A stretch of 64,000 bases of DNA, taken from positions 124,001 to 188,000 of IMG/VR virus record IMGVR_UViG_3300026521_000003; one strand, 5' to 3'. The notes under the pieces are model-generated. The model saw only the letters and a program-made list of their open reading frames with translations. It was not told where the DNA came from and did no database searches. The position numbers and the translations under genes were made by a program. Of this stretch, positions 10,771-20,479 are shown piece by piece; the first letter of the stretch is position 1; each line of letters begins with the position of its first letter.

Positions 10771-11841
10771 ATGGCTGATTTGATAAACATAGAAACTGTT
10801 GATGGTCAAGAAGTAATTGATTCTAATGCTCAAGTTAATTATGATGCAATATCTAATATCCCTCCATCTTTAGTTGATACTAGTACTCATAATCATGATA
10901 ATGAATACATGAGTAAGAATACTATTGAAGATGAATTTACACGTATAATGAATAAAGTAGCATCTTTAACAAAGGCATTAACCATTAGACCTTTAAAAAC
11001 GAAAGGTTTTTTAAACGGTGGTTATAAAAGTGGTTATGTTTATGCACAAAGAGTCCAACGGTTTAATACTGTTACTGAAACTGGAGTTGAAATTGGACAA
11101 ATAGGTACAGTTGCATCGTATTATACACCTGGTGCTTCATCGGAATTGAAAGGTTATTATTTTGGTGATGCTAATAGTAGTACAACTGCTGGAGATCATT
11201 CTAGAACTGGAAGAGATTTAGATAAAATTACATATTTAACTGAGGTAGAAGAATATGTAGGAAATATAACATTACATAATACAAAATCAACAATTTATAA
11301 TATATATTCGCAATCTAAAATATTTTTATCGAATGATGGAGCTGGATGGTCTAAATTATCTGTTATAACGGATACCATTGATAGTGTTTCATCAACACTT
11401 AATGGGTATGGAATGGGTAGACAAGGGTTATCTTCAGAAACGTTTGGATATGTGGTTCAAATAGGTAATTATGAAAGAACTTCATTAAAATTTGATTATT
11501 TAACAAATATAACAGATATAGGTACCACACAACAGATTAGACAACAACCTGCTGGACTTTCAAAAGATAAAGATAAAGGATATTGGATTGATTATGGTAC
11601 TGCTAATAATTGGCGAGTAGATATGTTAAATAATAGTGTGTCCAATATTGTCTGTTTTACAGAGGGATTTGGTGAAAGTAATGCGTTAGGGTCTGAGAAA
11701 GAAGGATTTATGATGGGTGGTTATGATGGTGCGCAGCACGGGAAGGTTCAAAAAATGGTATGGGAAACAGAGACTGCTAGTAATGTATTAGGTGGATCAT
11801 TAGCAATACCACAATCATCAGCTGGAATGGCAGAATCATAA
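10771..11841 (+). CDS. virion fibre/receptor-binding protein with HxH module and kelch-like beta-propeller
   Basis: HNHDNEY motif, short coiled coil, then blades such as KGFLNGGY, KGYYFGD, FGYVVQ, KGYWID and EGFMMGGY. Confidence 0.65.
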   Translation: MADLINIETVDGQEVIDSNAQVNYDAISNIPPSLVDTSTHNHDNEYMSKNTIEDEFTRIMNKVASLTKALTIRPLKTKGFLNGGYKSGYVYAQRVQRFNTVTETGVEIGQIGTVASYYTPGASSELKGYYFGDANSSTTAGDHSRTGRDLDKITYLTEVEEYVGNITLHNTKSTIYNIYSQSKIFLSNDGAGWSKLSVITDTIDSVSSTLNGYGMGRQGLSSETFGYVVQIGNYERTSLKFDYLTNITDIGTTQQIRQQPAGLSKDKDKGYWIDYGTANNWRVDMLNNSVSNIVCFTEGFGESNALGSEKEGFMMGGYDGAQHGKVQKMVWETETASNVLGGSLAIPQSSAGMAES

Positions 11842-11852
11842 GGTAATAAATA

Positions 11853-12839
11853 ATGGCAAAATTAAATCAACTTAAAGTAGATAATAATAATATATTTGAT
11901 ATTAACAATAGGATAGATTGGACAAGATTTAAAAATACACCATCGACATTAGTAAGTGCTTCGGGACATAATCATGATGATTTGTATTACAAATCATCAG
12001 TAGTTAATGATAAATTTAAATTGGAAGAGGATAAGATTGATTTGCTTGAAAAACGTATTGAAGTATTATCCTATAAAACAGATATAATGATGGCGGGTGG
12101 ATTTTTAAATGATACTAAAATTCATAACTATAATTTTTCAACTGAAGTAACTAATGAAATATCTACAAATACTAATATGATAAGTATTAATACACCTGGT
12201 ATTTCATCAAAAGAATTTGGTTATTTTACTAATAAAGATAAAATGATTGATAAATTTTATCATTTTACATTGGTAATTGAATCAATCCTGCAATCAAATA
12301 TTGAACCAAAAGCATCATTAATAGATTTTGCTGTTCAAAGTTTAGGATTTATTACGGATGGTATTGGGTGGAATAAACTCAATCAATTACTAGATATATG
12401 GGAAACTAAAAATGATAATCCAGTTGATGTGTCTGGACGTACATTTTTATCATCTAGTGTTACTGGATATTGTAAAGGATCGGATCTAGGTATGGTAAAA
12501 GAATTAACATATACAACGGAAGTATTAAAAGAATTATCAGAGATAAGAACAATCGGAATAACAACAGGACTTAATAAAAGTTCAAATTTAGGATATTGGA
12601 TTTCAAAGATAAACGGTAATTATGAACATAATTATCTAACAGAAAGCTTTAGATCGATAAATATTTTTATAGATGATATGGATAATTCATCAACCTCAAC
12701 AACTGAATTTTTTGGTATGATTGTAGCAGGAGGAATAGATGGTAATTTAACTAATAAATTGATGTGGTCTACTCTTTCAATTACGCAATCTATATCTCTT
12801 TCTTTAAATAAGAGTGGAGCTAGTTCAATAGAACTATAA
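11853..12839 (+). CDS. paralogue of the 10771 propeller fibre protein
   Basis: Shared N-terminal module (IDW..FKNTPSTLV..SGHNHDDLYY) and degenerate G(Y/F) blades. Confidence 0.6.
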   Translation: MAKLNQLKVDNNNIFDINNRIDWTRFKNTPSTLVSASGHNHDDLYYKSSVVNDKFKLEEDKIDLLEKRIEVLSYKTDIMMAGGFLNDTKIHNYNFSTEVTNEISTNTNMISINTPGISSKEFGYFTNKDKMIDKFYHFTLVIESILQSNIEPKASLIDFAVQSLGFITDGIGWNKLNQLLDIWETKNDNPVDVSGRTFLSSSVTGYCKGSDLGMVKELTYTTEVLKELSEIRTIGITTGLNKSSNLGYWISKINGNYEHNYLTESFRSINIFIDDMDNSSTSTTEFFGMIVAGGIDGNLTNKLMWSTLSITQSISLSLNKSGASSIEL

Positions 12840-12856
12840 TAAAACTGGAGAATATA

Positions 12857-13078
12857 ATGGATGTATTAAAACTAGAAATTAATAAACAAACGATATTGGA
12901 TGAAGCTAATAATATAGACTGGAGTAAGGTAAAAAACACACCTTCGATAATTATTACTAGTAATACTCATACTCATGATGATAGATATTATCGTCAAAGT
13001 GATGTTGATAGTAGAATAAATTCACTAAGTCTAGCTATAGCAGATTTAGAAGAAAAAATAAATAACTTAGGAGTATAA
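12857..13078 (+). CDS. headless mini-paralogue of the 10771/11853 N-terminal module
   Basis: IDWSKVKNTPSIIITSNTHTHDDRYY followed only by a coiled coil. Confidence 0.65.
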   Translation: MDVLKLEINKQTILDEANNIDWSKVKNTPSIIITSNTHTHDDRYYRQSDVDSRINSLSLAIADLEEKINNLGV

Positions 13079-13080
13079 AC

Positions 13081-13767
13081 ATGATAGTTCCAGAAATAGA
13101 TTACCCAATAATTAATAATATTAAAGATAAAAAAATTGTAATATATACGGCTAATAAAGTGGGTGAATTTCCACATAATTTTACCAAATCATTTATCCCT
13201 AGTAGTATTCCTATAAAATTAGATTGGTATGTTGGGTACACAAATATTATGTTGGATGATTTTAATATGATAGAAATACCATTAGATATTGCTAGGGGTT
13301 TACAATCGTTTAATATTATTAACCATTCAAAAAAAAGATATGATCAATATAATAGACCAAATCCGAATAATGAAAAAAAAGAAATAATTATGACTGAAGA
13401 TGAGATATATCTACAAGTAAAAGCTAAAAAATTTCTAATAGAGAAAGAAATTATCCGTATTTTTAATAAAAAAATTGATAGTTTATACAATCAATACGGA
13501 CGAGAATCTGATTCATGGGAGATACAATATTCAGAAGCTATTGAATACAAAAATGGAAATAATGACACCCCATTTATAGATATTTTATCTTCAAAACGAA
13601 ATATTAGTAAAGAATTATTAATTGAAAAAATTATTGCAAAAAATAAAGAATTTAAACAAAAATTTGCTAAAATTATTGCCGAAAAACATACGCTTGAAGA
13701 TAAATTGAAAAATATGAATACAGATACATTACTAAATTTATTTATTGATGAAAATATTGTAAAATAA
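13081..13767 (+). CDS. putative tail-fibre assembly/chaperone-like protein
   Basis: ESDSWEIQYSEAIEY...TPFIDILSSKRNISKELLIEKII resembles the E..SW..Q..EA...TP.L..LA..R motif of fibre-associated phage proteins. Confidence 0.55.
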   Translation: MIVPEIDYPIINNIKDKKIVIYTANKVGEFPHNFTKSFIPSSIPIKLDWYVGYTNIMLDDFNMIEIPLDIARGLQSFNIINHSKKRYDQYNRPNPNNEKKEIIMTEDEIYLQVKAKKFLIEKEIIRIFNKKIDSLYNQYGRESDSWEIQYSEAIEYKNGNNDTPFIDILSSKRNISKELLIEKIIAKNKEFKQKFAKIIAEKHTLEDKLKNMNTDTLLNLFIDENIVK

Positions 13768-13793
13768 TTTAAAAATTATGAGGTAATATATCT

Positions 13794-14477
13794 ATGTCTA
13801 AATATCAAAATGAAATCAAAGAACTTATTGACATGCAGCCCACAACAATGTCCAAATATCAAATTGATAATTTTGTTATTAATGAAAAAATGACAGACTA
13901 TAAGATTCTAAAACAAATATTATTAGAATTAGGAACTCGATATAATGCTTATGAAGATATACTGATAGATTGTGAAATTTTAGAATTGGAAATAAAAAAA
14001 TCTGAAAAAGAATATATCGAAATTAAAGATGATATAACTAAAAAAATTAAAAAATTAGAAATTCAGAAACAAAAAAATAATTTAAGACGTATGAAAAAAA
14101 CTATAAAAAATCATGAATATGAAATTGCTATTTTTGAAGAAAATTATAAAAAAATTAAAGATAATTATGAATCACCAAAATTACTTTTGCAAGATGAAAC
14201 TGGAGAAGAAATATATTGGGTTAATAAGTTTATAAAAGAAGCTCAAATTGATATAATGACTAGTGGACGTATTGGTAAAGGTGTCTTAGACGCTATTCTT
14301 ATGCTTCCAGAAAAATTACAAGAAATAATAGTAAATAATGCAATTGCTCAAGCTGCCAATTCTAATTCATATATAGGTTTCAATGAAACAGAAATTATTG
14401 AAGGTATTAAATCTTCTAAAAAAGTTTCGTTGATGTTGAATACCTTAATAGGTGAGAAAAAAGATAAGGTGGATTAA
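13794..14477 (+). CDS. conserved phage coiled-coil protein
   Basis: 227-aa ORF, MSKYQIDNFV...KQILLEL...YWV.KF.KEAQIDIM..GRIG.G.LD; last gene of the fibre cassette. Confidence 0.55.
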   Translation: MSKYQNEIKELIDMQPTTMSKYQIDNFVINEKMTDYKILKQILLELGTRYNAYEDILIDCEILELEIKKSEKEYIEIKDDITKKIKKLEIQKQKNNLRRMKKTIKNHEYEIAIFEENYKKIKDNYESPKLLLQDETGEEIYWVNKFIKEAQIDIMTSGRIGKGVLDAILMLPEKLQEIIVNNAIAQAANSNSYIGFNETEIIEGIKSSKKVSLMLNTLIGEKKDKVD

Positions 14478-15223
14478 TGGGTTTTGATTTTAATAATTCA
14501 TCTGGAGAATCATTTGGTAATATAGAAGATGTTTTTTTTAAAAAAGACGGAAAATCTATTATAGATTCTACATCTTCTAATAATTCAGAAAAGATTAATT
14601 TGAATGAACTAAAACAATCTATTCATGAAAAAAGTATGCAACATCATAATAATGCTTCTGGGACAACAATAACGATTTCTAAGGAAATTTTAGATTTAGA
14701 TGAAGATAAAATTATTCAATTATCGCCATTAGAAGAACGTAGGATGAATATTTCGTCAGTACGTAATAAATCGTTTATTAATATAAATGATGGTTCGGAA
14801 ATTACTATTATTGAAAAAACACAAATGTATAATGGTGTAAATTTATATACTGCTAAACAAGAAAATGGTGAAATGATAACATATCCTCGTAGTATGTTTG
14901 TTGGTTCTACAAAGCAATTTGTACCAAAAGAATTTTATATTCGTGAAGCTGAAAGGGTTTTGGAGGATACAATAGTAAAACACTATAATAATATTAAAGT
15001 TTTATTAGAAAAACAAGAATTATTAGAAGAAACCCCTGATAGTAAATATTTAGAACTAATGTTGTCGGAACCATTATCAATAGGCTCTATGGTTGTACCC
15101 GATAAAGTTCAAATTCCCGTTAAAAGGATTTTTGATATGGAATACAAAATAATGTTTTTAGAGAATGTTATTTGTTTAGATAATAAAATAGCATCATTAT
15201 TGTTTATTGATATTTGGTTCTAA
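14477..15223 (+). CDS. hypothetical protein
   Basis: 248-aa ORF with TAATG translational coupling to the upstream gene. Confidence 0.6.
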   Translation: MGFDFNNSSGESFGNIEDVFFKKDGKSIIDSTSSNNSEKINLNELKQSIHEKSMQHHNNASGTTITISKEILDLDEDKIIQLSPLEERRMNISSVRNKSFININDGSEITIIEKTQMYNGVNLYTAKQENGEMITYPRSMFVGSTKQFVPKEFYIREAERVLEDTIVKHYNNIKVLLEKQELLEETPDSKYLELMLSEPLSIGSMVVPDKVQIPVKRIFDMEYKIMFLENVICLDNKIASLLFIDIWF

Positions 15224-15382
15224 ATTATTATTAATTAAATAGTTTGTTAGATCACGTATGAATACAGAATTATTTGATGTGATAGGTATATCTCTAGGTA
15301 AAGTTTCTTTATCTAAAAAATCTAAAACATCAGATATTTCAAAATGATCGGTTTTTTTAATAGAGAATAATTTTCTATTCAT
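15197..15382 (-). CDS. small hypothetical protein (probable start MNRKLFS)
   Basis: Short ORF downstream of 15426..15671; start uncertain. Confidence 0.3.
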   Translation of the reverse strand: MNRKLFSIKKTDHFEISDVLDFLDKETLPRDIPITSNNSVFIRDLTNYLINNNLEPNINKQ

Positions 15383-15425
15383 TTCAATTTTTCTTAATTC
15401 TAATTGATCTAACATAAATAAAATC

Positions 15426-15671
15426 CTACATACTTTTAAAATTGAATGAAAATGATAAATCATCACTTTCTATATTTTTTTCATCTTTTAATTCTGATTC
15501 AATTAATTTTTTAATTTTTTCAGCTCTCATCTTTTTAACAATAGTTTCATTTATTTTTGCTAATGTTTCTTCACTATAATTCGCAGTAGGTATATTTGGA
15601 TTTTCATCAAAACTCATACTTATTACTTCATCATTTACACTATCAAATGGTATTTTTTTTAGTTCTGCCAT
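15426..15671 (-). CDS. small late hypothetical protein
   Basis: AGGAG RBS and a perfect late promoter upstream. Confidence 0.65.
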   Translation of the reverse strand: MAELKKIPFDSVNDEVISMSFDENPNIPTANYSEETLAKINETIVKKMRAEKIKKLIESELKDEKNIESDDLSFSFNFKSM

Positions 15672-15691
15672 TTTTTAACTCCTTCTATTTT

Positions 15692-15704
15692 AATAGTATT
15701 TATA
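15692..15704 (-). promoter_or_regulatory. late promoter TATAAATACTATT
   Basis: Minus strand reads TATAAATACTATT, the extended T4 late-promoter consensus. Confidence 0.85.
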
Positions 15705-15713
15705 TCAAAAAAA

Positions 15714-15721
15714 TGTAAAAT
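15714..15721 (+). promoter_or_regulatory. TGTAAAAT promoter-like motif (pre-replicative class)
   Basis: TGTA(A/T)AAT precedes ten non-structural transcription units (see findings). Confidence 0.6.
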
Positions 15722-15752
15722 AACTAAAAATATAATATAAGGATAAAAAATA

Positions 15753-17558
15753 ATGGGTATGACACAAGAACAAGAAGAATTTTCTAAAACACGAGACACC
15801 CATATATTGGCATTAGCATCAGCTGGAGCAGGAAAAACTCATACTTTAATCCATTTTATTCATGATAAAATTAAAAGTGGATTACGTCCAAATCAAATAA
15901 TTTCATTTTCATTTACTCGTAAAGCTGCAAATGAATTGAAAGATAGAGTTAATAGTCATTTTAAAGGTATGGATTTTGATTTTAAATATATATCAACTAT
16001 ACATTCATTTTGTTGGAATGAAATTATTAAACCATTTTATAATGAAATTGGTTATTCATCAATACCAACCATTGTACATGAATTTCCAGATGAATTTATG
16101 GAAAAAGAATACAAAGAACATGGTAAAAAACAAGATAGAGCTGGATTTAATCGAAAATTTATGGATGTAGTTTCTAAAGATTTACAAGAAGAAGATTTTA
16201 CGGCTCCAGAGACAGTACGATTATTACAATATCTTGTCGGTCATAATTTAACTATGTTTGATTTTATGATTCATTTAGCTAATTTTGTATTAAAAGAAGA
16301 GCCAGGTAAAGTACAAAAACATATAGGTACAATAGGATATGTTATAACTGATGAAGCACAAGATTTAAATCCGGCACAATATAAATTTACCAAGTTATTG
16401 CAGTCAGTTTTTAGTAATGAAAATAATAGTGTAAATCTAGTAAAAGTTGGCGATTTTAAACAATCAATATATGGTTTTAGAGGCAGTGATCCTAGAATAA
16501 TAAATACTTTTGTTGATGAATTTAATCCTGTTGTTAAAATATTATCTTATAATTTTAGGAGTGCTCCAGAAATTGTAGATTTAGCTAATGAAATTGCTGA
16601 AACTATTGATTTAGGAAATGATGCACTTAATGAATCAAAATATGCACAACATGGGTCTAGTATATCTGAAGGAGAAGTATATAATATATATGATGTTGAA
16701 GAATTTATTGATGAGCTGAAATTAATTGAAAAACCATTAGAACAAACTTGTATTTTAGCTAGAACTAATATGGTTATAAAATCATTAGCTAAGATTTTAG
16801 GAAAATTAGAAATACCGTATTATCTACATACTGAATTTGATATATTAAAGAGATCAGAAGTAAAATTTTTAATGAGTATGTTGAGTATTGTAAGTCATGG
16901 GTATAATAAAGCTATAGTTTTAGATATTATTAAAGCTGCAAAAGGTGGGATACCTATGAAAGTTGCTGCTTCAATTAATAAATGTGATAATATGCAAATG
17001 GTTGGAAGAATGTTTCAAGATATTAAAAAGATACCAGAAATTATAAAAATTTACAATGATTTAGAAAAAGGAGCATTTAATGCGGCAATACCTAAAATAG
17101 CAAAGCTTATGGAAAATTCAAAAAAATCATCTGAACAAATACAACAGTCTTTAGAACGTTTTTATCGTGACCTAAATACTGTTAAAACAACTGAAGGACT
17201 AGATTCTTGGATGGAAGCATTAGAAGAATTATTATTTGAAGCTCAATTTTTAGAAGAAAAACAGCAAGGGAAAGTACAGTTAATGACGGTTCATAAAAGT
17301 AAAGGGTTGCAATGGGATAATGTTATTTTTATTTATGATTTCAGTTTATTAGAACAGGTAGAAAATGATTTTTATGATTTGGAAGAAGAGAAACGTGTAG
17401 TATATACAGCTGTAACTAGACCAACAACCAATTTAGTTATATGGGATTTAGAACAACAGATGATTAGTAGCTATTTTACAAAAGGGTCATTATTAAAAAT
17501 GATTGAAAATGCTCTAAAAAAAGGTATTTTAGATATAGAGGATTTTTCAAAATATTAA
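15753..17558 (+). CDS. uvrD: UvrD/Rep/PcrA superfamily-1 DNA helicase
   Basis: ASAGAGKT, FTRKAANEL, STIHSF, DEAQD, VGDFKQSIYGFRG, NFRS, MTVHKSKGLQWD, VYTAVTR. Confidence 0.95.
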   Translation: MGMTQEQEEFSKTRDTHILALASAGAGKTHTLIHFIHDKIKSGLRPNQIISFSFTRKAANELKDRVNSHFKGMDFDFKYISTIHSFCWNEIIKPFYNEIGYSSIPTIVHEFPDEFMEKEYKEHGKKQDRAGFNRKFMDVVSKDLQEEDFTAPETVRLLQYLVGHNLTMFDFMIHLANFVLKEEPGKVQKHIGTIGYVITDEAQDLNPAQYKFTKLLQSVFSNENNSVNLVKVGDFKQSIYGFRGSDPRIINTFVDEFNPVVKILSYNFRSAPEIVDLANEIAETIDLGNDALNESKYAQHGSSISEGEVYNIYDVEEFIDELKLIEKPLEQTCILARTNMVIKSLAKILGKLEIPYYLHTEFDILKRSEVKFLMSMLSIVSHGYNKAIVLDIIKAAKGGIPMKVAASINKCDNMQMVGRMFQDIKKIPEIIKIYNDLEKGAFNAAIPKIAKLMENSKKSSEQIQQSLERFYRDLNTVKTTEGLDSWMEALEELLFEAQFLEEKQQGKVQLMTVHKSKGLQWDNVIFIYDFSLLEQVENDFYDLEEEKRVVYTAVTRPTTNLVIWDLEQQMISSYFTKGSLLKMIENALKKGILDIEDFSKY

Positions 17559-17580
17559 TTTAAATTCGATAAATAAATTT

Positions 17581-17958
17581 ATGATTGATATAAAAAAAAT
17601 TAAAAAAGATGATGTTGTTTGGTGTGTTTCACAATCATTAGATCAAATGATATATCCTATAAAAGCTAAATTTTTAGATATAGAATCTCCTATATCTAAT
17701 AAATTAATTCTTGTAAAATATAATAATAAAACATTATGCTACCCATCACATTTATTATTTGAAACTAAATTAGACGCTAAAGTTTATGGCTCAATAAATT
17801 TTATGAAATTATATTATAGTTTTGATCCATTTTTCATTTCAGAAAATATTGATGAAGAAATTTTAAAAGAGGCATCATTTTTAGTAAATAAGTTTGAAAA
17901 AAATAATCCTTCAAAATTTTTATATTATTGGATGGGAAATGTACCAAATAGATTCTAA
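17581..17958 (+). CDS. hypothetical protein, paralogue of next gene
   Basis: Shares W..., V.Y.N, (T/S)K(L/I)DA and NNP..(F/L)L.Y pattern with the 17939 ORF. Confidence 0.6.
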   Translation: MIDIKKIKKDDVVWCVSQSLDQMIYPIKAKFLDIESPISNKLILVKYNNKTLCYPSHLLFETKLDAKVYGSINFMKLYYSFDPFFISENIDEEILKEASFLVNKFEKNNPSKFLYYWMGNVPNRF

Positions 17959-18274
17959 AATGTGGAGTATTATTTATAAATTTGATACTCCAAAATTGGT
18001 AACTATTAAAGATATAATTACAACTAAAAATAGTCTAAAATATAAAGTTGAATATAAAAATAGATTGTTTGAAATTTTAAATATGGATATGTATCCATCA
18101 AAAATAGATGCTGATATATTTTGGGCAATTACGATGCAAGAAGAATTTAAATATACACAAAAACACCCGACTTTATTTATGACAGATGAATTTGAAATTG
18201 CAGTAAGAAAAGCAGATAAAATAATATTATATTATGCTGAAAATAATCCAGATATTTTATTAAAGTATTTTTAA
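17939..18274 (+). CDS. hypothetical protein, paralogue of previous gene
   Basis: Probable start MYQIDSK after GGGA. Confidence 0.6.
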   Translation: MYQIDSKMWSIIYKFDTPKLVTIKDIITTKNSLKYKVEYKNRLFEILNMDMYPSKIDADIFWAITMQEEFKYTQKHPTLFMTDEFEIAVRKADKIILYYAENNPDILLKYF

Positions 18275-18471
18275 GATATTACTACTTTGAATTCTCTACC
18301 TGGATAATGATCTTCATTTTTATAAAACTCACATTTAAAACTTCTTTCAGAAACTCTAAAACTGAATTGTTTTTTTGCACTTTTAAAAATTGAACAACCA
18401 TCAAAATGGTCACAACATATACACGCATAGTAAGTACAAGACTTTTCATTTAATATTGTATTTAATTTCAT
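18271..18471 (-). CDS. small Cys-rich late protein with MKLNTILNE leader
   Basis: TATAAATA on the minus strand at 18495-18502; CTYYACICCDHFDGC...C putative metal site. Confidence 0.6.
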   Translation of the reverse strand: MKLNTILNEKSCTYYACICCDHFDGCSIFKSAKKQFSFRVSERSFKCEFYKNEDHYPGREFKVVIS

Positions 18472-18543
18472 AGGACCCCCTTATAAATTTATATTATTTA
18501 TATAAAAAATGTAAAATATACTAAAATCTTATAAAGGTGAAAT

Positions 18544-19050
18544 ATGGATGAGTTAGCTCCAGGTCTAATATATCTTAATGATTTAAATAAATTGGTGTAT
18601 TCAAATTCCTATATTATAAATTCTGGAAGTAAATTGAGTTCAATTTCTAATGATTTGGGGGTGTATGCTGAGTATATTTCAGATGATGATAGAGATTTAT
18701 TATATGCTAAGTCTATTGGGGTTAAAGTTTTTAATGAGGTAGTAAATGAGTTTGATTATTCACTTATATCTGATATTGATACAGATATAGAAATCGAGAA
18801 GTTGAAAAAACAATTTTCTGAGTTAAGTGAATTAATTGAAGAAGAATATACTTATATTAAGTTATCAGAACATAATATACTTTTATTAAAAATGGCTTTT
18901 ATACTTAAAAAACATTTGGATTCATTAAATACATCGGTTTATTTAATGCGTGGATCTGGAGTAGCATCATTTATATTTTATTTAATAGGTTTAAATAAAG
19001 TTAATCCTATTAAATTTGGATTAGATTATAAAAATTTTTGGAATAATTAA
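18544..19050 (+). CDS. DNA polymerase III alpha (DnaE)-like fragment
   Basis: MRGSGVASFIFYLIGLNKVNPIKFGL matches the DnaE GRGS.AGS.V.Y.LGIT.VDP..Y.L motif; only 168 aa. Confidence 0.7.
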   Translation: MDELAPGLIYLNDLNKLVYSNSYIINSGSKLSSISNDLGVYAEYISDDDRDLLYAKSIGVKVFNEVVNEFDYSLISDIDTDIEIEKLKKQFSELSELIEEEYTYIKLSEHNILLLKMAFILKKHLDSLNTSVYLMRGSGVASFIFYLIGLNKVNPIKFGLDYKNFWNN

Positions 19051-19667
19051 TGGAGAATAAAATGGAAGAACAAACATCAACAGAACAAGTTAAGAAAAAA
19101 GGTCGACCTAAATCGGAACACTATGTTAAAGAAAGTGAATTAAGAGATGAAATTGCAATAGCTCAACAAAATGCTATAAAGGCTATTGATGAAATTACTA
19201 AAGAGTGGGATAAAAAAATTGAAAATGCATCTACGGAACCTGAAAAAGAGGCATTACGAATTGAAAAAGAAAAAGCTTTAGATAGAGCGAAGACTAAAAC
19301 GTACTGTACTCCAAGGTTAGGAGAAATTGTTGTTCTTACGGTAGATAGAGTTGGTACACAAACAAAGTTTAGACATTATACTTATTTAGATGATATGAAA
19401 GCTGAAGCTATTTATCAATCAATTAGAGGTATTATAAAATTTAATTTGGATAAAACGAATGATGCAGGACAAAAAAGTTCATCATTTTCTTACCTTACAC
19501 AAATTATTACAAATGCATTTAGACAGATATTAAAAAAAGAGAAAAAAAATCGAGAGATTAAAGATCAAGCAATTGAAATGGCGTTAGATCAACATAGTGA
19601 TATTGATGTTGATTTTGAATCTATAAAAAGAAAGAAAGATCGTTTAGATATAGCACATAGAGATTAA
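19050..19667 (+). CDS. gp55: late-transcription sigma factor (T4 gp55-like)
   Basis: HYVKESEL...LGEIV...KFRHYTYLDDMKAEAI...KFN...SFSYLTQIITNAFRQILKKEKK; many TATAAATA promoters in the window. Confidence 0.9.
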   Translation: MENKMEEQTSTEQVKKKGRPKSEHYVKESELRDEIAIAQQNAIKAIDEITKEWDKKIENASTEPEKEALRIEKEKALDRAKTKTYCTPRLGEIVVLTVDRVGTQTKFRHYTYLDDMKAEAIYQSIRGIIKFNLDKTNDAGQKSSSFSYLTQIITNAFRQILKKEKKNREIKDQAIEMALDQHSDIDVDFESIKRKKDRLDIAHRD

Positions 19668-19738
19668 TTTTTAATTTAATTTTAATTTTAATTTTTGTAT
19701 AATATATAGAAATAAATAAAAAAAGAAGGGTTTACCAC

Positions 19739-20470
19739 ATGACATATTTTGAATTTTTAGATGATATCATAGAAAATTTTAGAGTTTCTAAAATGATTGA
19801 GATTGTTAAAATTGAACAAGACGTAGAGGAAAATGAATTGCTTGCTGTTGCATATGAGGCAACAAGAAGTTTAATTGTAGTTGCAAATTATAAAGAAAGA
19901 CCTGATATTGATATGCCTCAAATTCAAGGTTTTTCACAATTAGATTTTGTCAAACAAATTATTAATATTGAAAAAAATGCTAAGAAAAGTTCTGTTAAAT
20001 TTAAAGAAAATGATGAATTAGCAGTTGAAACTATTTTTAAAATGGATGCTGCAACTATTAAAAATAAAAATGTTGCAAAATCGCTTCTACCTGAAACCCC
20101 TAAAAAACTTTCAGGATTTAAACCTGATATTGAAGTGGAATTAACATCAGATGACATTTCATCTATTGTCACTCATTTAAGTCTTAATATTTTTAATGCT
20201 AGTATATTTTTAACAAAATCATCAAAGGGTAAGTTAAGCTTTAAACTTACAAATGATGTGGATACTGTTGATTATGATACTGATTTTGATGTTGAAGATG
20301 GTATCTTAGAAGAACCATTTAAAATCGATTTAGAGAGATTACTTGCTATTTTAAGAGTTGGTAAAGAAGGTGTTAAGATTGCTATTTCTGAAGGTCAGAA
20401 TCTTGCAAGAATAATCAAAGAAGATGATAAAGCAGAATATAAATATTTCATGATTAAAAAAGCATCATAA
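19739..20470 (+). CDS. probable sliding clamp (gp45/PCNA-like)
   Basis: 243 aa, acidic, alternating beta/alpha pattern ending YKYFMIK, next to gp55; inferred from size and context. Confidence 0.5.
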   Translation: MTYFEFLDDIIENFRVSKMIEIVKIEQDVEENELLAVAYEATRSLIVVANYKERPDIDMPQIQGFSQLDFVKQIINIEKNAKKSSVKFKENDELAVETIFKMDAATIKNKNVAKSLLPETPKKLSGFKPDIEVELTSDDISSIVTHLSLNIFNASIFLTKSSKGKLSFKLTNDVDTVDYDTDFDVEDGILEEPFKIDLERLLAILRVGKEGVKIAISEGQNLARIIKEDDKAEYKYFMIKKAS

Positions 20471-20479
20471 AAAAACAAT

